Shown here: piece after piece, positions 26,490-32,151 of the stretch | How the letters are laid out: every line of letters starts with the position of its first letter | How positions within the stretch are numbered: position 1 is the stretch's first letter | DNA from: a bacterium | Lineage (GTDB): Bacteria > Bacillota > JBJDXG01 | DNA length: 32,151 nt | Assembly (NCBI GenBank): GCA_051866555.1 | Contig: JBJDXG010000010.1 | Span: forward strand, 1-32,151 | Direction: 5' to 3' | Position numbers and translations under genes: made by a program | Notes under the pieces: generated by a model | Seen by the model: only the letters and a program-made list of their open reading frames with translations | Databases searched by the model: none | Told to the model about the DNA's origin: nothing

Positions 26490-26518
26490 ATCATACCACA
26501 ACTGATAAGATTGTGCAA
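26490..26518 (-). promoter_or_regulatory. Sigma-A promoter of the 6S RNA gene
   Basis: On the minus strand: TTGCAC (26518-26513), exact 17-nt spacer, TATGAT (26495-26490). Confidence 0.6.
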
Positions 26519-26530
26519 GTGCTAAACAAT

Positions 26531-28330
26531 TTAAGATTTGGCTTTTTCTGGCACAGAAGTTCTGATATAAAGCTCTCTTAACTGTTTCGGAGCAACTGCT
26601 GAAGGAGCTTCAGTATACAGACACGTTGCACTTTGAGTTTTAGGGAAAGCAATTACATCACGAATAGTTTCCGCTCCGGTAAGCAGCATGATCAAACGGT
26701 CAAGACCGAAAGCCAGTCCTCCATGCGGCGGAGTACCGTATTCAAAGGCATCCAGCAGGAAGCCGAATTTTTCTCTGGCATCCTCCGGAGTAAAGCCTAA
26801 AGCAGCAAACATTTTTTCCTGAATCTCACGCTGATAAATCCGTAAGCTTCCTCCGCCAAGCTCTGTTCCGTTCAAAACCATATCATAAGCCTGAGCTCTT
26901 ACCTTGCCGGGATCGGTTTCCAGCAAAGGAATATCTTCCTCCACCAGCATAGTAAACGGATGGTGCTTAGCAGTAAAACGCTTTTCTTCCTCACTGTATT
27001 CCAAAAGCGGAAAATCTACTACCCAAAGGAAATTGTACTGGTCAGGCCGGATAAGCTCCAGGCGCTTAGCCAAATCAATTCTTAAATAGCCAAGAGAAGC
27101 AGCCACTACTTCCGGTTTATCAGCTACAAATAATAATAAATCTCCATCCTTAGCTGCTAAACGGCTTAAAATTGCCTGCATTTCTTCCTCAGTAAAGAAC
27201 TTGGCAATCGGTGATTTCACTCCGTCAGCAGTAACTGAGATCCAGGCAAGTCCTTTAGCTCCATAAGGCGCTACGACCTGCGGCAGGGCATCGATTTCCT
27301 TTCTGGAGAATTTAGCTCCGCAGCCGGAAGCATTAATAGCTTTAACCTGTCCTCCGTTGGCAACAGTCTGAGCAAAAACCTTAAATCCGGTATTAGCAAC
27401 CAGGTCAGATACTTCAACTAATTCCATGCCGAATCTGGTATCAGGCTTATCACTGCCGTAACGCTCCATAGCCTCAGCATAGGTCATGCGCAGAAACGGC
27501 AGCGGCACCTTAACTCCTATAGTTTCCGCAAAAACCTTAGCAATCATTTCTTCCATCATCGTCAAAATCTCATCCTGAGTTAAAAATGACATTTCCAAAT
27601 CAATTTGCGTAAACTCAGGCTGACGGTCAGCACGCAGATCCTCATCTCTGAAGCAGCGGGCTATCTGAAAATAACGGTCCAAGCCGGAAACCATCAAGGT
27701 TTGTTTAAATAACTGAGGAGACTGCGGCAAAGCAAAAAATTCTCCTGGATGTACTCTGCTGGGAACTAAATAGTCACGTGCTCCTTCAGGAGTGCTCTTA
27801 GTCAGCATTGGAGTTTCAATTTCCAAAAATCCCTTATCATCCAGATAATCACGCACAAGCTTGCATACCTTATGCCGCAGCATAAGATTTCTCTGCATAG
27901 CGGGACGTCTTAAGTCAAGATAACGATATTTTAAACGAATTGACTCATCAACCTCCACTTTATCATCAATATGGAACGGCGGAGTTTTAGCCGCACTGCA
28001 TATTCTCAGCTCTTTCGCATATATTTCAACCTCTCCAGTAGCCAGATTCTCATTAATCGTGCCTTCCGGACGCAAAACGACCTCACCAACTACGGCAATG
28101 ACATACTCGCTTCTGATAGCTTCAGCCTTAGCATGAGCCTCTTTGGCTATTTCAGGGTTAAAGGTCACCTGCACTAAACCGGTACGGTCACGCAAATCGG
28201 CAAAGATAAGTCCGCCGTGGTCTCTTCTTTTCTGTACCCAGCCCATAATCGTTACTTCTTTTCCCTGATCACTTGCCCTTAAATCTCCGCAATAATGTGA
28301 TCTTTTCAGTCCTTGTACTGAATCTAACAT
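26531..28330 (-). CDS. aspS: Aspartate--tRNA ligase
   Basis: 599 aa, bacterial-type AspRS, with class II motifs ([34 protein letters not shown]). It overlaps the hisS stop by 7 nt. Confidence 0.96.
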   Translation of the reverse strand: MLDSVQGLKRSHYCGDLRASDQGKEVTIMGWVQKRRDHGGLIFADLRDRTGLVQVTFNPEIAKEAHAKAEAIRSEYVIAVVGEVVLRPEGTINENLATGEVEIYAKELRICSAAKTPPFHIDDKVEVDESIRLKYRYLDLRRPAMQRNLMLRHKVCKLVRDYLDDKGFLEIETPMLTKSTPEGARDYLVPSRVHPGEFFALPQSPQLFKQTLMVSGLDRYFQIARCFRDEDLRADRQPEFTQIDLEMSFLTQDEILTMMEEMIAKVFAETIGVKVPLPFLRMTYAEAMERYGSDKPDTRFGMELVEVSDLVANTGFKVFAQTVANGGQVKAINASGCGAKFSRKEIDALPQVVAPYGAKGLAWISVTADGVKSPIAKFFTEEEMQAILSRLAAKDGDLLLFVADKPEVVAASLGYLRIDLAKRLELIRPDQYNFLWVVDFPLLEYSEEEKRFTAKHHPFTMLVEEDIPLLETDPGKVRAQAYDMVLNGTELGGGSLRIYQREIQEKMFAALGFTPEDAREKFGFLLDAFEYGTPPHGGLAFGLDRLIMLLTGAETIRDVIAFPKTQSATCLYTEAPSAVAPKQLRELYIRTSVPEKAKS

Positions 28331-29601
28331 TTCTTTTCCTCCTTTAACTTGGCTGTTATCACTTCTGTTAATTGACTGATTGCTGCTTCCTCCTGCTCTC
28401 CGGTAGCTAAAACCCGCACAATGGCTTCTCCCTTTTCCAGCTCCGCTTCTCCTAAAATAACAGCCACAGCAGCCTGTCTTTTATCTGCCTGCTTCAATTG
28501 AGCCTTCAAGCTGCGGCCAAAATAATCAGTTACTGTTTTTAGTCCTGCTCTTCTTAATTTATGCATTAAAGAAAAGGCAGCCTTTTTCGCCGTTTCCCCT
28601 AACGGAGCTATAAAAACATCCAGGCTTTCCGGTTTCGGCAGGTCAATGCCTTTCTTTTCTAAGGTCAAGAGCAGACGTTCTAAGCCCATGGCACAGCCAA
28701 CTGCCGGAGTATCCGCTCCGCCGCATTCCTTGATCAAGCCGTCATAGCGTCCGCCGCCGCAGACTGTACTTTGAGCTCCCAGACCAGAATAGATGATTTC
28801 AAAAGCCGTTTTAGTATAATAATCAAGCCCACGCACTAATTTAGGGTCTAATTCATAAGGAATAGACAATTCGTCCAGATAAGCCTTTACTCCCTCTAAA
28901 TGGTCAGCACATTCCTCACAAAGGCTGTCCAGCACAGAAGGAACATCCTTAGTATATTCCTTGCATTTTTCCGATTTGCAGTCCAGAACCCGCAAAGGAT
29001 TGCGCTCAAGACGTGACTGACAATCCTCACATAAGTATTCTTTTTTATCCTTGAGATGCTGAATTAATTTTTCCCGATAAACAGCACGGCATTTAGGACA
29101 GCCTACACTGTTTAAGTGAACCGCAAGATCGGTAAGACCTAAGCGCTGGTACAGATCAATCACTAAAGCAATGATCTCGGCATCGATCATCGGGTCTGCC
29201 GCACCAAGGCTCTCTATCCCAAACTGGTGGAACTGCCGGTAACGCCCGGCCTGCGGCCGATCATAGCGAAACATAGGGCCAATATAAAACAGCTTATTAG
29301 GCTGAGGCAAAGCATGCATTTTATTTTCCAGATACGCTCTGGTAATAGAAGCCGTACATTCCGGCCTTAAGGTCATACTCCGGCCACCGCGGTCAGTAAA
29401 GTTATACATTTCCTTTTCTACCACATCAGTAGTTTCACCCACACCACGCTGGAACAGCTCAGTATGTTCAAAGATAGGTGTTCTTATCTCCTGATAACCG
29501 TATTCGGCACATATCTTTCTTAAAATTTTTTCTATGTAAACCCATTTTGCCGCTTCATCAGGCAAAATATCATTAGTACCGCGAGGTTTATTTATTCCCA
29601 T
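28324..29601 (-). CDS. hisS: Histidine--tRNA ligase
   Basis: [14 protein letters not shown]..., [27 protein letters not shown] 29601 is preceded by GGGAGGAAG. The ORF-track start 29664 adds 21 unsupported codons that overlap hemZ. Confidence 0.95.
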   Translation of the reverse strand: MGINKPRGTNDILPDEAAKWVYIEKILRKICAEYGYQEIRTPIFEHTELFQRGVGETTDVVEKEMYNFTDRGGRSMTLRPECTASITRAYLENKMHALPQPNKLFYIGPMFRYDRPQAGRYRQFHQFGIESLGAADPMIDAEIIALVIDLYQRLGLTDLAVHLNSVGCPKCRAVYREKLIQHLKDKKEYLCEDCQSRLERNPLRVLDCKSEKCKEYTKDVPSVLDSLCEECADHLEGVKAYLDELSIPYELDPKLVRGLDYYTKTAFEIIYSGLGAQSTVCGGGRYDGLIKECGGADTPAVGCAMGLERLLLTLEKKGIDLPKPESLDVFIAPLGETAKKAAFSLMHKLRRAGLKTVTDYFGRSLKAQLKQADKRQAAVAVILGEAELEKGEAIVRVLATGEQEEAAISQLTEVITAKLKEEKKC

Positions 29602-29639
29602 CTTTCTTCCTCCCTTCACACCTATCTTTTTATTGTAGT

Positions 29640-31085
29640 TTATTCTAATTTTCTTGTCAACCAAGCATTGATAAACTCCTCTTTTTTTCTCTTGATTGCA
29701 GCAATTTTTTCTATGTAGGTTTTCGGATCCTTGGGATTAAAGATTCTCTTTACCTTAAAATCAGGCAGGAAAACCGCCTTGCTGACCGAGCCTCCTCCAA
29801 GCCCGATAACGGTCTGTCTTTCTTCCATCATCTGCACATTATAAATAGACTCCCTGCCGGGCACAGCATAGCCTACATTCTCCAGGTCCGCCAATATATC
29901 TCTCTGGCGGTATAAATAATACGGCTTAAGGCCCATGACTGACATTTTAGCTTCAACTAAATTCATCATCTCCTCTACTAAGCCTCTGTCTGCCGCTGAA
30001 AAATCCTGCTGCTCTTCCTTTAAACGGGAAGCCCTTTTTAAAGCCATCGTATGGCAGGTAATGCTTTCCGGAGAAAACTGCTGCATAAAATCCAGAGTAT
30101 AAGCTGCATCAGCCAGCTTTTCCCCCGGCAAACCAATAATCAAATCCATATTGATATTATTAAAGCCCATTTCACGAGCCAGCTTAAAGGCTTTGACTGT
30201 CTCCTGACTGCTGTGCTTTCTCCCAATCAGCTGCAAGGTAGCATCATTCATGGTCTGAGGATTAATGCTCAATCTGCTTACCCGATGCTTAAGCATCATA
30301 TGCAGCTTATCCCGGTTAATAGTATCAGGCCGTCCGGCCTCAACCGTAAACTCAGATAATTTTGAACCGAACTGCTCCATTAAAAGACCTAAAAGACAGT
30401 CCAGCTCAGCAGCCCCCATAGTAGTAGGAGTTCCGCCTCCCACATAAAGGCTTTCAACCGTCAGCTCATGCTCCCTGATTACTCCGGCCAAATGATTGAT
30501 TTCCTCCTCTAAAGCCTGCAAAAAGCCTTTTAAAACATCACTGCGCCCGGCAAGCGCATAAGAAGGGAAGGAGCAGTACAAGCACCTGGTAGGACAAAAT
30601 GGTATTCCTACATAGACAGCAATTTTCTTTTGCAAATCCTGCTCAGTCAAAAAAAATCTTCTTTCCCCTCTGGCAACATCAGCGGCCAATTCTGCCTTGC
30701 ATAAGCTCAAACCATAAACCCGCTGCAAATGAGCAATTATTGCAGCATCAGTCCACCCCTGGTCAATCAGACGATGGACTACCTTAGTCGGCCTTAGTCC
30801 TAAGAGCGTACCCCAGGGTCTTTCAGGCCAGGCAAAAAATTTAGTCACTAAACGTAAAATAATCAAACGAATATTTTCCTTGGTAAAGCCGTCTATGATA
30901 AAGCTTTCCGCAGCACATTTGTCCCCCGCCCTCAGACTGCCTTTAATCTGATTTTCCGAAAGAGCTATATCTAAATAATAATCACGGTTTTCCTCCTCTC
31001 TACTCACCCAGTGAAACAGATCACTGAGCATTTTTTGACAAACATCCTTATATTCTGTCGGTTGACAATGAATAAAAAAACTCAT
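29640..31085 (-). CDS. hemZ: HemZ-type radical SAM protein (coproporphyrinogen-dehydrogenase-like)
   Basis: 481 aa. It has the CxxxCxxC motif (GIPFCPTRCLYCSF), the GGGTPT motif and an N-terminal extension typical of HemZ. It lies immediately upstream of hisS, as in many Clostridia. Confidence 0.75.
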   Translation of the reverse strand: MSFFIHCQPTEYKDVCQKMLSDLFHWVSREEENRDYYLDIALSENQIKGSLRAGDKCAAESFIIDGFTKENIRLIILRLVTKFFAWPERPWGTLLGLRPTKVVHRLIDQGWTDAAIIAHLQRVYGLSLCKAELAADVARGERRFFLTEQDLQKKIAVYVGIPFCPTRCLYCSFPSYALAGRSDVLKGFLQALEEEINHLAGVIREHELTVESLYVGGGTPTTMGAAELDCLLGLLMEQFGSKLSEFTVEAGRPDTINRDKLHMMLKHRVSRLSINPQTMNDATLQLIGRKHSSQETVKAFKLAREMGFNNINMDLIIGLPGEKLADAAYTLDFMQQFSPESITCHTMALKRASRLKEEQQDFSAADRGLVEEMMNLVEAKMSVMGLKPYYLYRQRDILADLENVGYAVPGRESIYNVQMMEERQTVIGLGGGSVSKAVFLPDFKVKRIFNPKDPKTYIEKIAAIKRKKEEFINAWLTRKLE

Positions 31086-31122
31086 TTCTCAGCCTCTTTT
31101 CTTCCTTATTTTAACTCATTTA

Positions 31123-31131
31123 TGGTATAAT
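31123..31131 (+). promoter_or_regulatory. Extended -10 promoter (TGgTATAAT) for the UPF0173 gene
   Basis: TGGTATAAT at 31123-31131, about 29 nt before ATG 31160. Confidence 0.45.
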
Positions 31132-31159
31132 AATTACAAAAAAGTCAGGAGTGAAATTT

Positions 31160-31825
31160 ATGCAGGCTATTTATTACGGTCATTCTTGTTTTTCCTTGAC
31201 AAATGAAAATACCACTATCCTTTTTGATCCTTTTCTTAATGATAACCCACTTGCACCGCGTAAGGCAAGCTTTGTTCAGGCAGACTATATTTTAGTTTCC
31301 CATAATCACAGTGATCATTCTGCCGATACGGTGGAGATAGCTCTGAAAAACAATTCTCTGGTTATCAGCACCTTTGATTACATCAGTACTGTACAAAAGG
31401 CCGGAATTACCGGACACGGCATGAATATAGGAGGCTCCTATCAATTTCCCTTCGGTAAAGTAAAGCTGACTCCGGCAATTCACAGCTCGGGTATGCCGGA
31501 AGGAATTGCCTGCGGCTTTATTGTCCAATTCTTTAATAAAACCTTTTATTTTGCCGGCGATACAGCATTGTTCAGCGACATGAGCCTAATTAGAAGGTAT
31601 CAGATCGATTATGCTCTTCTGCCAATCGGCAGCAACTTCACTATGGACATTGAAGATGCCGTAGAAGCCGTTAAACTGATTCAGCCTAAAAAGGTCATCC
31701 CAATACATTATAACACCTGGCCAGTGATTAAGGCTGACCCTAAGAAATTTAAAGAACTGGTAGAAAAGGAGACAGCTGCTGAATGCTTAATCGCACCAAT
31801 CGGTGAAAAATTCAGCCTGGAATAA
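31160..31825 (+). CDS. UPF0173-family metal-dependent hydrolase (MBL fold)
   Basis: MQAIYYGHSCFSL...LFDPFLNDNP...DYILVSHNHSDH...IPIHYNTWP. AGGAG lies 8 nt before ATG 31160. The ORF-track start 31151 overlaps the Shine-Dalgarno. Confidence 0.85.
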   Translation: MQAIYYGHSCFSLTNENTTILFDPFLNDNPLAPRKASFVQADYILVSHNHSDHSADTVEIALKNNSLVISTFDYISTVQKAGITGHGMNIGGSYQFPFGKVKLTPAIHSSGMPEGIACGFIVQFFNKTFYFAGDTALFSDMSLIRRYQIDYALLPIGSNFTMDIEDAVEAVKLIQPKKVIPIHYNTWPVIKADPKKFKELVEKETAAECLIAPIGEKFSLE

Positions 31826-31888
31826 AAGAAAGGAGCTTTTGCTTTAAGGATGAATAATCTACCGGAGCAATAGCTCCTTCTTTGTATC

Positions 31889-31922
31889 TAAAAATAGAAA
31901 AGCAGGCTCCGAAGAACCTGCT
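31889..31922 (-). terminator. Rho-independent terminator after spoVAE
   Basis: The minus strand reads AGCAGG-ttcttcggag-CCTGCT followed by TTTTCTATTTTT. Confidence 0.55.
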
Positions 31923-31942
31923 GCCATGATAATTAACACAGA

Positions 31943-32151
31943 TCATCCTTTAGGATTAAAAATCAAGGATATCAGCCAGCCCATAAAGACGGCAAAGGAA
32001 AGACCCAAACTGGTTTCTTTAAAAACTCCGGTGAAGGCTCCCAGAAACCCGCTTTTTTCTATTCCCTCCAAAGCTCCTTCAAACAGGGAATTGCCAAAAG
32101 AGGTAAGAGGGATAAACGCTCCGGCTTGTCCCAGCTTTAAAAGAGGTTCAT
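31943..32151 (-). CDS. spoVAE: Stage V sporulation protein AE (SpoVAEB-type), C-terminal 69 codons; 5' end beyond the right edge
   Basis: Hand translation of the minus strand gives ...EPLLKLGQAGAFIPLTSFGNSLFEGALEGIEKSGFLGAFTGVFKETSLGLSFAVFMGWLISLIFNPKG*. This matches the conserved SpoVAC/SpoVAEB C-terminus (AGA..P...FGNSL....E......G...G.F..TS.G.....F.....L.F.PKG). Confidence 0.8.
   Translation of the reverse strand, partial: EPLLKLGQAGAFIPLTSFGNSLFEGALEGIEKSGFLGAFTGVFKETSLGLSFAVFMGWLISLIFNPKG

Noticed and set aside
29602-29664. N-terminal extensions in the ORF track for hisS (to 29664), tcdA (to 26289), recG (to 12296), rpmB (from 12385), rsmD (to 10114), trmB (to 13370), XRE (from 20186) and UPF0173 (from 31151).
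   Set aside because: In each case an internal start has a well-spaced Shine-Dalgarno and matches the conserved family N-terminus. The extension overlaps a promoter, a terminator hairpin or the neighbouring gene.
31826-31883. The inverted repeat AAGAAAGGAGCT ... AGCTCCTTCTTT after the UPF0173 gene as a terminator.
   Set aside because: The arms are imperfect, the loop is ~34 nt and no T-run follows. It may contribute to termination, but support is too weak to list as a feature.

Overview
This is a gene-dense, mostly core-housekeeping chromosomal segment from a spore-forming Firmicute (Clostridia-like gene content and order). About 32 CDS are present, most on the minus strand. In window order they are: a partial hypothetical gene and a tiny coupled ORF in an AT-rich left edge; rlmD; a C_GCAxxG_C_C redox protein; trmO/tsaA-like; ackA-pta; the ylb-type cluster (tmcAL/ylbM, patatin/ylbK, ylbJ, coiled-coil protein, coaD, rsmD); recG; rpmB; trmB; pepT; a compact block of selU, a PRiA4_ORF3/MM3350-like protein, an orphan secreted protein, topoisomerase III and a divergent XRE regulator; a NitT/TauT-type ABC importer; an EamA transporter; rarA; tcdA; aspS-hisS preceded by a HemZ-type radical SAM gene; a UPF0173 MBL-fold hydrolase; and the 3' end of spoVAE. 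One RNA gene missing from the ORF track is supportable: a 6S RNA (SsrS) in the aspS-tcdA spacer, with its own promoter and terminator. I saw no tRNA, rRNA, CRISPR array, transposase, integrase or recognisable defence genes. Several ORF-track starts are over-extended (hisS, tcdA, recG, rpmB, rsmD, trmB, XRE, UPF0173) and are corrected from Shine-Dalgarno placement. I could not identify a clear-cut novel multi-gene system. The most accessory-looking part, and the best candidate for something undescribed, is 14.6-20.5 kb: topB, then a translationally coupled trio (secreted protein, PRiA4_ORF3 protein, selU), with an XRE gene divergent from topB. Other points worth a second look are palindromes centred on the stop codons of convergent genes, a 38-codon ORF whose stop codon sits in a terminator loop upstream of the ABC operon, and the AT-rich left edge.
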